Shown piece by piece: positions 51,180 through 63,348 of a stretch of 64,000 nucleotides of DNA (the first letter of the stretch is position 1; every line of letters begins with the position of its first letter). This stretch comes from Bilabrum cf. latius (lineage: Eukaryota), in assembly GCA_965178125.1 (NCBI GenBank), contig OZ237763.1:186001-250000 (forward strand). The letters run 5' to 3'. The position numbers and the translations under genes were made by a program. A model generated the notes under the pieces. It worked only from the letters and a program-made list of their open reading frames with translations, was not told the origin of the DNA and did no database searches.

Positions 51180-52253
51180 ATGTCCATGCTTGACCCTGCC
51201 CTGTCGTCTCATGAATATTTTAGTCATGGATCATCGCTACATGCCGCACACTCACGCCTGGTCTGGATGCGAGACTTCGTCGCGGCGTACGAGGAGCTCG
51301 ACAGTTCTGAAATGGGGTCCGCAAGATCTAGCGGTAACCACAAGCGTTCAAGCGGAGACTAGCAGCAATCGATAGATATCCGCAGAGTCTAGCGGCTCCA
51401 AGCAAGGAGTGCCAGGACCTAGTCTGCGAGGCAAGCCAGCACATTTGCTACGTTTCACCGGCTGACATCGCCGGCGAGCCTGAGAGAGCTTCCAGAAACA
51501 GCATACAGCATTCGATAGATGCGTTACGATGCATAGAAAGAGTAGGAGGCGTGCTTTCTCGCTGCTCCTGTTGCATCGCTCCCAGAAGTGATCCTCACGC
51601 CGCGGGTGAGGCCAGACCCGAGCGATGCGGTCGCACCGACTGGCAGCCGGCTCAGCGTGGGCGGCAGTGGGAGGGTCAGCTGGGAGCCGGTGCGGCTGCG
51701 CCCCAGGGAACAAGTACCAGCTGCTGACGAGCTCGTGCGTCGCTTGCTGGGGACTGGCCCAGGCGGCAGCGGTATCTAGGGCGAGGGCGAGGGCAAGGGA
51801 GAGGGCGAGGGGCTGGGCACCCAAGGGTAGAGAAGGCGGGCGGCCGCCACTGGCAAGGGCCCACGGGGTATGACTCGCCGGCGTGGTGCTGAAGGAGGTG
51901 CTAGTGGTGGGCATGTGAGCCATAGGAAGGGAGGGGGCTTATCTCGAGGCTGGCCAGAAGAGGACGAGGACGAAGATGAGCAGGATGAGGAGGATGATTG
52001 CGATGGCGATTGGCTTGCCTTGGGAAGGCAGGGCAGCAGCAGAAGCAATACCGGTGGGGATGGGCTGCATAGTCGCGGCCCTCGACATCTACCCACGATA
52101 ACCGCTGGTTCTGCGTCTGATCAGCAGCGGAGCAGAGGCGGCCGTGGCGGGAGGGGCAAGGGGAGGACGGGCAGGAGAAAGGATATGATCGGGGCTAGGG
52201 CAGTGGATGAGGCGCTCATGGCGCTCCTTCGAGCAGATTTAGAGGATGGTTAA
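51180..52253 (+). CDS. Hypothetical protein (about 357 aa) with acidic and RG-rich C-terminus
   Basis: Three ORF-track fragments in one frame, bridged by 8 TAGs with no TAA or TGA until TAA at 52251. No recognisable family. Confidence 0.6.
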
Positions 52254-52820
52254 AGTTACCTTGGTATTGTGTCGCACTGCATTGTTCATCTCCTGGTTGA
52301 TCACCATTGCGGTGGTCAGAGCCTGTTTCGCAGTAGAATTTGACAAGTCTCTAGGTCTGCATCCCGCTCCATGGCTCAGACAGGACTATTCAATTGCCCC
52401 ATTATCGTCTATACAGGGTCGATCGCGCGCTACTCGTCTAGTGTTGGTCGAATCTCTGTCCTCTCTGGGCGCTGCGGCAGCATTGGGCCCAAAACCGATG
52501 CTTGGCAATGCAGCCTGCTCAGCATTGCAGCTCGAACCCCGGAACGAGTGCACTGCAAGCGTGGGTACACCAAATGGCACCCTGTCGCGGGTTGTAGGAT
52601 GAACAGGGCGCACCATAAGCACTGTAGCATGTGTTGCTACATGCCACCGACCTTATCAGCTAGCCCTGATATTGCTGATCCGCGGCACAATAGACACTTT
52701 GAACAGCCCGCATGAAACTCGGTAGCGTACAGACTCGTGCTAACCATATCATCTTCAGCCGTGGCGTGCATCTTCCCTTTTCTGCAAACCATACTGTAGT
52801 ACTGGGGCCTATCGTCCGGC

Positions 52821-53102
52821 TTAGCCTTTCTCTCGATCTACAATTCCAATGCGCACATGCAAGTCAGGACCGCCCATCATCTTCAGCTACTTTTCTGCTT
52901 TCCTCATCATGTACTCAATTCTCTTGATATCGAACCTCGAGACAGATTCTGCTCCGTGCCGAAACGAAGTCCGAACATAGTGGATTGCATCGAGTTTGGA
53001 GTCCTCCCCATTCTTTTCATAGGCCGCCCGCAAGCATCTTCGGTACAAACCAAGCACTTGCTTCTAAAATCCTGATAAACGTCGCGACTGCCGAGCTGGC
53101 AT
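52821..53102 (-). CDS. SDHAF1: Succinate dehydrogenase assembly factor 1-like LYR-motif protein (93 aa)
   Basis: Translates as MPARQSRRLSGF[TAG]KQVLGLYRRCLRAAYEK...YVRTSFR...FDIKRIEYMMRKAEK[TAG]LKMM...; LYR motif and the SDHAF1/Sdh6 pattern (SGLQ..VL.LYR; IEY..R....QL). TAGs at 53064 and 52887; TAA at 52821. Not present as an intact ORF in the track. Confidence 0.85.
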
Positions 53103-53238
53103 GGGGCGATATGACTGAGTGATTTGCACTGATTTTGCTGAGGTGGCGTCATCGTCACACATCGAAGCCGGATGCAGCTGCTTTGCACGGCCCACACAGG
53201 CCCGTGCAGCGCGCAAACAGGCAACGAATCGCCCCGAA

Positions 53239-56200
53239 TCACTTCCCAGCCACCCTTGAGACCTGCACCCGCTTCCGCCGCCGGGGCACAGCCGGCTTGT
53301 GAGCGCCCTTCCACGGCAGCAGCAAGTCCACCACGGACTGCACCAGGGGCCAGGACAGCGGCGTGGCACGCTCGTCCGCTAGCAGCGGCATCACCATGCG
53401 GACCGCCGTCCACACCGTGAGGTAGGCCTATTTCAGCGAGGCGGGCGTGGGGAACGGCAGCAGAGACTTGCTTACGGAGCGGCCCACGATGGTGAGGAAG
53501 TGCGCGGTGAGGAGCCCGGGAGCGGGTGACAGCGCGGCCAGGAGGTGGATGGGTCCCGCGAGGCATGCCCCTCCAAGCCTCATGTAGTCAAGGAAGGCCT
53601 GTTTGATCGTCTGCTTGGTCTCCCGCTCCGGCCCTTCTTCACCGGGAATGCTCAGCACGTCGTACATGGCATTGGCCAGCACGTTGACGGCGCTCGCGTG
53701 GTGCACCCGCCTGTCCTTCCACTCTGCCAGGGCGAGCCCCAGGGCCGACGGGTCGCCCAGGTCAACCTAACCCGTGGTTACAACCGGTTCGGACAAGTCC
53801 TTCACGCCCTGGTTCCGCAGATCCTCCAGGGTGGCGCCGCGCAACGCGTCTGCGAGCGACTCCGAGTCCATGAGCGCAACCGACATGCCCCCTCCGGTGA
53901 TGGGGTGCCTCATGTTCCAGGCATCCCCCAGCAGCACCACGCCGGACGCGCCATTGCCGCTGCCTTGTTCCTCCGCCTCGGGGGCCACCGGCAGGTACCT
54001 ATTCCCGCACGGCTGGGGCACAGAAGTGTCCAAAGCGGCCCTCGCTGCCTCGCGGAAGGCTCCCGCCGGGAACTGTGGTAGGACGTGGTTCCGCAGATGG
54101 GCAGTGAGGCTGCTGTCTTTGACCACCTTCTTGACCCTGGTGCCCGGCTTCAGGCCGGTGACCGCGCCCTATTCCTCAGCGCACTACTCCTCACCATCCT
54201 CCTCGCTTCGCTTGCTCTCCCCACCCTCTGCTCTCCCCCTGTCGCCCACGTCTTCGGTCGCCATCTCCTTGGACTCCTCCTCGGCGTGCACACCGCCTGT
54301 GTGGGAGCTGGAATCGCCCTCGCCTTCCTCCTCCTCGAGGGGCACGTACACTCCATCATCGGAAGGCAGGAGGTTGGGCACATCGATGAGCAGCCGAGTG
54401 GCGCAGGGGCTGACCTGGTAGGCCACGTGCGGGCTGGGCTCGGCCAGGAAGAGGTTGGCCCTGTACCTGTAGGGCAAGGGGGACTCCATGGGAGGGTGGT
54501 GCAGCACGAGGCCCACAAAATGGCTCACAATCCTTGGCTTGGCACTCGTCACAGTCCCTCTAAGACCGGAGAACATCCCATCAGCGATGACCACCATAGG
54601 TGCGTACACCTTCCGCTCCACCGACTCCCCGGCCTTCCTCCAGCGCATCGCGAAGGCGCGGCCCTCTCCATTCTTCGATCCCGAGTCGTTGTTCACGGCG
54701 GATGCAATCTGCCGCGCGACCCTCTCCGCCGCATCAACCTCCTCCCCGGACATCTCCCTGCCCATCGCATCCTGCTCTGCCTGCACCAGCGCCTGCAGCA
54801 CGCCTCTCGCGTCACCTTCTGCGGCCGCCCGACCCACCGCGTCTTTCAGCCCGACACCCGCCGCTTTGACCACCCCGAGGGCCCTCCCGGCACACAGCCG
54901 CACGTTTTGTTCCCTGAAGGCCAGCCTCCTCAGCCCTGCCACGAACCGGTGGTTGTGGAAGGACCGGCCCCGGGGCATCTCGTCCACGCCCCACGCCACG
55001 GGCTCCCCCTCGCCGAGATGGGCCCCCGCCCCGTTGCCCCCGGCCCCGCCCAGTGCGGCCAGTGCCCTTGCGTGCTCCTCGAGCATCTGCTCGCCCACGT
55101 CAAGCTCGTGCTCCTCTTCCGGGGTGCCTACGCCCGCCTCCTGAGCTGCGGCCAGCTGCTGCGCGACTCTCCTGGCATCGGCCGCCAGCTTTTCTTGTTC
55201 TGTGAGGTGGACCCCGAACCCAAAGTGCTGCGCCTCGTTGTCCCCCGGGTCTGCCGTGGAAAAATTCATCACGATGGTGCCGTCCACGTGCTGGTCGCGG
55301 ACCGCCGTGCCGCGCGTGATGCTCGACTTGATCGCGCCGCGGTCGTCTTCGGAAAGTTTGCCATTGGGTTCGGCCATCGGAACCATAGTGTAGCCATCCG
55401 CTCTGATGCTGCGGGACCGGCCGTCTTTGCATGCGTCCGCGAGTCCCATGCGCTCCAGGGCCCGGACGCCGCCAGGCTGCAGGAACTCGCCAACAATTCT
55501 CGGCTGCGAGCAGGTAGAAACAAGACCATAAGCAAGACGCGGACTTGTTGTGTTGTGGGATAGCGTGTCCAGGAGCGACAGCAAGTATACACTTGGTCGC
55601 ACAAGGTCGCATGCGACCAGTCGCTGCGATCCCTACCACAGTCGACCCTCTAGCACGCCAAAACCACAATAAACGAAAGGATTACCTCTCAACGCACGCG
55701 GCAGGAATGCCCAGAGTCGGCAGGAAACGACAAGATGCGGCCAATTGCCATCGGGTCCCACTTCCGCAAGACGCAAATCAAGGTCGCATTCAAATACTAG
55801 TACGAAAACGACTCACCTGAAGCAGCAAAGTTCCTTCTATAAGAGCAACCTTTCGTCCGTCTCGCGCGAGACGGGCCGCCAGCGTCGATCCGGCTGTACC
55901 AGCGCCAACAATAACGACATCGGCAAACGAAGTAGGATCTCCCGAGGTCTCTGGCGAGTCAGACTACGCGCGAAGGGTGCTCGCACGATGACGCAAAGAT
56001 GCAGCTTCTTGACTAGGCACTGAATCTGCGCTTTGCTTGCCAGCAGCTTCCTGGGCCTCCTGAATAGCGGTAGCTACCGCGTCGGCAAAACCACCGACCG
56101 CACCTCCCGCGAGTCCAGCCGCACCTGCAGCCAGGAGCCCAAGAGCCACTGGCATGTCGACAAATACGAACGGATATAACACAAGTAGTGCGGCAGCTGC

Positions 56201-56374
56201 GAGGCCTGCCAGGGTGGCAGAAAGGAATGCGCGGCAGACGGAGCAACCGACCGCAGCGCCGAGCATCGCGGCAAAGCTCAGCGCACCTGCCTGGATCCCA
56301 GCGATATGTCCAGCCCCAGTGGCAAGTGCCGATATTAAAACTGGTACCAGAACTCCATAGCGAGGGAGGCGCAT
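53239..56374 (-). CDS. SQLE: Squalene monooxygenase/epoxidase with N-terminal membrane segments and insertions (about 940 aa)
   Basis: Motifs DVVIVGAGTAG, RIVGEFLQPGG, GRSFHNHRF, IADGMFS, SHFVGLVL, LLGDAWNMRHPITGGGMSVAL, NVLANAMY. Exons 56374-55817 and 55503-53239. TAGs at 55964, 54184, 54169, 53767 and 53428; TGA at 53239. An additional upstream exon is possible (AG just before the ATG). Confidence 0.92.
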
Positions 56375-57145
56375 CCTGCGGAACGCCTCGGAGCCCAGGA
56401 TACCGTGAAATGGAGCAATGCGCGGACGTCGCTTTGGGTCAAGTCTGAATTAGCTGGACTGTGTCTTAAGGTGCACGCAATTCGGGGCGTGACCACGGGC
56501 GTGCTTGGAATTGGAGACTACACGCTGCTTGTCGACTATTGTGCGCAGAAATCGTGTCGCATTCGTTGGCATGCACCGCCAGCAACAAAGCCACAGATAG
56601 ACCGACACGATGCCCCTAGGCGGGGCACACAACGAGGCCGCTCGTCACGCGAGACGTAGAGCAGCGAGATGGGAGAGGCGAAAGAGGGCCCATAAATAAA
56701 ATAGACCCGCTTGGAACACCCACTCCCTCCCACCCGCTCACGACCCAAGACCCGGGGCCATGCACGGGGCCGACGCCAAAGGCACCCCCCCCGAGAAAGG
56801 GGTGCTGGCGACAGACCCATGGCGCGCATGGTCCGAGCCCGCAAGCGCTCAATCGCACCGAGCCACCGCACCTGACCCGCCCCACCCGGACGCGCATCCC
56901 CCGCCCCGACTCATGACAATGAGGGAGGCAGGAGGTGCACGCGTCGGGAGAGAACGAGGCCTTGTGGCAACGGCTTTTTGGCTCATGCGCGAGGTGCTGC
57001 TCGCCTACCCACTCGTCACACCCAGGGAACAAAGTAATACAGCCGGCCATCCTCCGTCCGCCAACACTAGATCTACCACGCTCCTGCACTCGTCACACAA
57101 ACACCGCCCTGCAGCCCCTACCCGTCCTATCGCGCGGCGGACTGC

Positions 57146-58046
57146 TCAGCTGCAGTGCTTCACCACGGCCTCGTACGTGAGGTCGCCCTTGTCGGCAGCG
57201 TGGAAGCAGCTCGAGTAAGTGCCCTCAAAGGACTTGAGCAGGTTGCCCACGGTGCCGGCGTGCGGCATCTTCATCAGGGCAGGGGCGTCATCGGGGCACC
57301 AGCTGATCAGCACCAACTTCTCCTGGATCCGGCCGTCGCTGGTCTTGGTAGACACGTTGAACACACCGTAGGCGGGCTTGGCGTCCTCGAACTTGCCCAG
57401 GAGGGTGGTGAAATCGTCCTCGTTCTTTCCAGAGTTGGGGATGGTCTCGTCGTACTACAGAGATACCTTCTTGCCCTCCTTGCTCAGGTGGAACACCATC
57501 GCGGAATGCTCTGCGTACATAAACGTGAGGCATGCATGAGGCGCTCAATTTATTGGTAGCAGTGGACTTCGAGAACAGGTGTGAGGATGGGCGAGACGAC
57601 GCGGGGCGAGCCTCCAACACGCATCTTCACTCACTCCTGGACTTCATCTTCACGTCGTTGAAAGCCTTCATGAGGTCGGGGTACTCAGTGGCCTTGATTC
57701 CGGTGGACGCCTGCGGTTGATTAGCAAATTCGTAAGTTAGCAGCACTGGTCAGGAATCCGTCGCGCCACACGGAAAGCTCAGTGAAAACACGCTAGTACA
57801 ACGATCATAATCAAGCAGTGAAGACCGCACAATCGTTTGCCTAACAAGCCAATGTCACCAGGCAACTAAAGTTGGTACGATGAGCCCCATGAGGTGCCCG
57901 ACAATCTTGGGAAATGCTAGGACAGATCCTCTTTGGAATACTGCAACGGTTCCAGCGCCTCCATCCAGCGACGATTCCGGGTAGAACACGCCCATACGAT
58001 ATGGAAATAAGAATTACAAACCATGCGCGGATACATTTCTTACCAT
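57146..58046 (-). CDS. Cofilin/actin-depolymerising factor (147 aa)
   Basis: Translates as MASTGI...AYGVFNV...EKLVLISWCPDDAPALMKMPHAGT. Exons 58046-58044 (ATG only), 57710-57635 and 57510-57146. One TAG at 57455; TGA stop. Confidence 0.88.
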
Positions 58047-58198
58047 CTTGTCTTTCCTGTCTAGCAAATGCCCGCAGATGCAATCGCTGGTCATGCGCGG
58101 CGGGTGTTAAATAATACGCTACATACAAAGAAACCAGACTCACGCATCGCCCCCGGGAGCCGCTGCATTCTCTCGAGGCCTCTCTCTTGAATTACGTC

Positions 58199-59484
58199 AT
58201 GGCTGCCACTGAGCCAAAAGCTCTATCCGTAGGTGATCTTGATGAGTAGATCGAGCGCCTCAAGCGCTGTGAGCACCTGAAGGAAAGCGAGGTGAAGGCG
58301 CTGTGCGCGCGCGCTCGTGAAATTCTCGTGGACGAAAGCAACGTGCAACGAGTAGAGGCTCCTGTCACCGTGAGTTTCTCGCTAAAGTACAATTTACTTA
58401 CAGTCAAGATCAACTGAAGGGTGCTAACGTTTCCCTGTGTTTCACCTTTTGCTGTGTATTTGTGGTCGCGCGGTGACGACACCTCAGGGGAGAAATCGCA
58501 GCGGTGGCAAGCACTGTTGTTCTTTGCAGTCTGGCAGGACGCTGGTGGCAAGCACTTGACTTTTGATTCGTGTATGTCTGGTGCTGTTCTAGACGCTGCG
58601 GCGGCTTGTCTCGCTGCGAGAGACCCGATCGTTTTCCGTAACGTCTCTCATCTTCCGTTTGAAGCGAATGCCGACCACCACGCCGCGCGCACTTCACGCA
58701 CTGCTCGCAGATCGTCGGTGACATCCACGGCCAGTTTTACGACCTTGTGGAGCTGTTCAAGGTTGGTGGCGAGTGCCCCGACACGAACTACCTCTTCCTG
58801 GGAGATTTCGTGGACCGCGGCTTCTATTCGGTCGAGACGTTCCTGCTCCTGCTTGCCCTCAAGGTTCGCTACCCCGAGCGGATCACTCTGATTCGTGGCA
58901 ACCACGAATCCCGGCAGATCACCCAGGTTTACGGTTTCTACGACGAGTGTCTGCGCAAGTACGGCAGCGTCAACGTGTGGCGCTACTGCACGGAGATCTT
59001 CGACTACCTCTCCCTGGCCGCCCTCGTGGACGACAAGGTCCTGTGCGTGCACGGGGGACTGTCCCCCAGCATCCACACGCTGGACCAGATCCGCGTGATC
59101 GACCGGAAGCAGGAGGTGCCCCACGACGGCGCCATGTGCGACCTGCTCTGGTCCGACCCCGAGGACATCGACGGGTGGGGCCTCAGCCCCCGCGGGGCAG
59201 GATACCTCTTCGGGGCGGATGTGGTGACCAAGTTCAACCAGACCAACAGCCTGGAGCTCATCTGCAGGGCGCACCAGCTGGTCATGGAGGGCTTCAAGTG
59301 GATGTTCGGGGAGAGGCTGGTGACCGTGTGGTCTGCCCCCAACTACTGCTACCGCTGCGGCAACGTGGCCGCTATCCTGGAGCTCGACGAGCACCTGGAG
59401 CGCTCCTTCAAGATCTTCGAGGCCGCGCCACAGGAGGCCCGCGGGGTCCCGAGCAAGAAGCCGGCGCCCGACTACTTCCTGTGA
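58199..59484 (+). CDS. PPP4C: Serine/threonine protein phosphatase 4 catalytic subunit (PP2A family), 314 aa
   Basis: Motifs DLDE[TAG][55 protein letters not shown]-terminal DYFL. Exons 58199-58369 and 58711-59484. Confidence 0.93.
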
Positions 59485-60294
59485 GCGCCGCAATGCAATG
59501 CAGTGCACCGTGGGGTGTTGCGAGATGGGGCGTGTGCGGATATGGAGGGAGTGTTTGATGCAGGGGCGATAGTCAGCGACACCGCGTGCTGGGTGCCGCT
59601 TGGCCGCTGACTACCCCCGGATGCTTTTGCCGTGCTGCTGCGTGGAGGGCGCCCAGTGCGACATGGGAGCAACTGGTTGTGCCTTTCGTTTTTTAAAAAT
59701 GGGGGGCTCGCCCGGGTCTGGGGGCAAGGGCGCGCTGGTTGGTTGATCTGGTCTTGTGCTGCATGGCGCATGGGTCGGATGGATGCCTTCTAGTGCGAGG
59801 AGGAATTGGAGGAGGAGTGATGCGCTGGGATGGGGAGTTTTGGGGACTTCAAGTGGGGTGTTCATTTGAAGTGTCGGCTTCCGTGTGCGGAGGGTGTGTG
59901 CGTGAGGCGAGCGTGCTTCGGCCTGATGGCAGTTCTCATGTGCCGTCGGGCCTGCCTGCGGGCTTGCCTCGGCACTCCCTCGCGCCCAATGCGTGACAAA
60001 TCTGAACAGAAGTACACGATTTTATCCTTGAATCATGTTCACTTGCATCAAGTATCGCCAGGATGCGTCACACAAGCCAATCTTGAGATCCTCTGCGCCC
60101 AATCGATGATGATCGTATGGTGCCATGCCGCATATTTCATAGCATCAGCTACTAAATTGAGTAGGCTCGCTGCTTGTAAAATTGTCTAGGAAGAGTAAAC
60201 CGCTGAATCTGACGACAGAATTCGAAATACCATTGCATTCTCTCTGGATCGTCACTCAAGAAGTTGAGCAACTTGAAGTACACAAGTGGGCGCC

Positions 60295-61343
60295 TTAAAT
60301 CATTCCCTGCTGTTCGAGAGTCGCCTTGGCCTGGACTGCCTGCAACGTTGCCAGTGCCCCTGACTTGAGGCACGACTTGAACTTCTTGCCGTCTGACCGG
60401 CTTGCAGGCCCAGCATCCCTTAGCCCCCCTCCGCTGGCGAAGTCGATGAAGTTCTGCAGCTCGCCCTTGTCCCCCTTAATTTTGAATGTGAGCGTGCAGG
60501 GCATCACCTTCATGCGCTTTGCAGGGTCAGTGATGTGCTGGTCGGGCCACACAGCCAGCACGGTCACCTCGGTCTTGCGCTCGGCCGTCTCCTGGCCCCT
60601 CATGCGGTTGATCTGCTTGCTCAGACGACTTATCGCCCCTCCCCTCCACTTGGGCTTGCTCGCCTTCACGAAGAAGAAGCGCGCCACGCTGTCAGGGCCT
60701 TCCTGTCCCTCCTGCGCACCCAGGTAGTCGTCTAGCACTCGATTCATGGGTCGTTTGCCATCAAGGCACAACTCGGTGATCTTGGATTTGCCCAACCCGC
60801 CATTCACATGCAACAGCCCATTGTGTTTGGTGTACTGATCGGGGTTGGCGAATTCTGAAAACATTTGGTCAGCATATGAGCCAACAACAGCAATCTGCGA
60901 GGCAGCGGTGGAGGGGCGGGCAGTCGAGGCCTACGATCGAGCCAAGTGTCTACAACCAGAGCCACCGGGGTGCAAGGGTCTGTCTACTGCAGTGCCGGTG
61001 CTCTTACCTTCAACGGGGATGCATTCTGCTTGTCCTAGGATTCGTAGTTGCGGTACATTGAGAAGATGTCCGTGCTGCCACCGCACGGGCCCGCAGGCCA
61101 CTGCCCATCTTCTACATCCTCCTCCTCCTCGTCCTCCTCGTCTTCCTCCTCCTCTGACTGTTTTACTTCGTTGATGAGCTCGATTTTGTCAAAGTCGTCT
61201 TGTTCCGGCTCTTCATCAAGGGATGGATCCATAGTATTAGCGCTGCTTGTGGCAGAATGCCTGACTGCGTGCGACCCTGTCCTCACTGAGAGAGCAGAGA
61301 CCGACAGCGCCAGAGCAGCGATCACGCATGCGATCGAACGCAT
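60295..61343 (-). CDS. Secreted hypothetical protein with signal peptide and acidic tract (about 311 aa)
   Basis: Signal-like MRSIACVIAALALSVSA followed by an E/D-rich tract. Exons 61343-61008 and 60894-60295 (GT-AG intron). TAG at 61035; TAA stop at 60295. Confidence 0.7.
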
Positions 61344-62053
61344 TTCAGGGAAGTGTACTGCGAGAGTGTAGCATTGTGACTTTTGCGCTGACTGAGAGGT
61401 CGGTGCCGAATCCGGCTGCGATGCAGATCGATCCATTTTGGCACTGTTCTCGGCGCGGCTGACCCTGCTGACACTGTCGTTTGATGAGTGCATCAACATG
61501 TGTGTAAAATAACTAGGAGTGCATGTCTCCTTTTGAGCGTACTTCTTACATTTCGATTTTTATGAAGATGCAATTCACTCGTTGCAGGAGCCAGTGGAGC
61601 CAGCCGCGGCCCGGAAGCCGGCTTCATTCGCCGAGCACAGATCCGGAAACAAAAAAGCGTAAGGTTGCATGATGATGCAACGGACGACATATATAGCGGT
61701 TTAATGGCAACAGCAGACCCATAATTCCAACCGGGGCGGGGACCCGCACCTGGGAAGACGTGGGCAGGGGCTCGGACACGGTGCGTTCGTGCCTGGTCTG
61801 TCCATGAGCCAAGGGGTGGAGCGGGATGGGAGAGAAACAAAGAAACCATGAGACACGGATGAAGAGAAGGAAAAGGAGCGGGAGACAGCAGGGAGGAGGG
61901 TGGTCTATTCCGGTGGGCGTGCTGTCGCTGAACCCCGGCCTGCGAGGAGACGATTGCCTGAGGATGCCAGCCACCAGTCACATTCAAGCACACACACAAG
62001 ATCGGACCGAGGCCGCCACGACTCATCCCTGTCACGGCCTGCTGCTGCCCCCC

Positions 62054-63215
62054 TCACACGCCACCGCCAGCGGCCGCCCCAGCCGGTGGCTCCTCGCTGA
62101 CCGTGACGAACTTCTCGAACATCTCCTTGACCACGCGGGTGGAGCCCGCGGGGATCTTGCGGGACTCGGGGCGCCGCGTGAGGGCGCGCAGAGGCTCCTT
62201 CGGGTTGGGCTTCTCGTACCCGCGCATGACCTCTGCCTTGCCGTCCGCCCGGATGACGCACAGGTCCACGTTGCTGCCCGAGCCCAGGTCGTTGAAGATG
62301 CCCGCCCGGATGGCCCTGCGGACGAGATCCCTGGCCTCTTCCTCCGTGAGGTCGTCCTTGTACCCGCTCTCGAAAACGGACATGGCTGCGAGTGAGCCGC
62401 TGCCCATCGTCACGAAGGGGAGCTTGTCGGTGCTGCCGTGCGGGTAGATGCTGTACAGGTGGGGGCCGGTCGCGTCCACGCCTCCGAGCACGAGGGCGGC
62501 GGAGATGTGGCCCTGGTACTGGAACAGTCTCCTCTTGAGCATGGTCATGGCCGTCACGACCCTCGGCTGCCTGTGCGTCTGCAGGCGCAGCAGTTCCAAG
62601 TTGCTCGAAGTGAGCTCCGTGATCTTCTCCGTGTCAGCGGCGGTACCGGCTGCGAATGTTGATCATTGTAGGGCGGATTTCGGTACTAAGCTTAGAGCGC
62701 GTGCATAGTAGACGGGAATCTGTCAGACTAGTTCCTTTCTCACCTCCACAGCAGTACACATTGTTAGCCAGGTAGTGAATCTTCTCGCAGTTGAGGTCCG
62801 CGATTACTGTGCCCTCGGTAGCGCGAGTGTCTGCGCCAAGCACAACGCCGTCCTTATACACTACACCTACGATGGTTGTTCCTGTCTTCAATACCCTAGG
62901 TGGCTTCATACCACGCTTGAGAAGCAGCGCATTCCGGCGTGCTAGATCAAAGCTAAATCCACCAAGGGGGCGCCCAACAACTGCGAGAGAAATCACACAA
63001 TATCTCATAAATCAAGTGTATGCTTTTGACTCGGTCGAATGGAACATGCCGCAACGTTGGCTTCCATCGGCTGCAGCCAAGAGTGCGGCAAGCAGCTCCG
63101 TCACGACGTGGAACGCCGGGACAACACGTCAGTAACCCTCACTCTTTGCCTCAGGGTGGCCCGCCTTATGATCTAGTGACGCATCAGAGCTCGCTCCAGC
63201 ACGAATGGACTCCAT
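62054..63215 (-). CDS. PSMB7: 20S proteasome subunit beta type-2 (trypsin-like, PUP1/PSMB7), 301 aa
   Basis: GGFSFD...RN propeptide, [48 protein letters not shown]. Exons 63215-63143, 62980-62744 and 62649-62054. No TAG; TGA stop. Confidence 0.93.
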
Positions 63216-63348
63216 GCTACGAGAATAATTGCCGTACGAGCATTCCAAAATTTCGGATCGACCCCAAAGTAACGTGCTGCCAGGGTTGATAAATCGGAAT
63301 CCAATGCCTGGGCTGGGTGAGACATACCAGCCAAATTTGGGGACACTC

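Noticed and set aside
52376-52792. 138-aa minus-strand ORF that is open when TAG is read as Gln
   Set aside because: No recognisable motif or codon bias; with only two stop codons, ORFs of this length arise by chance.
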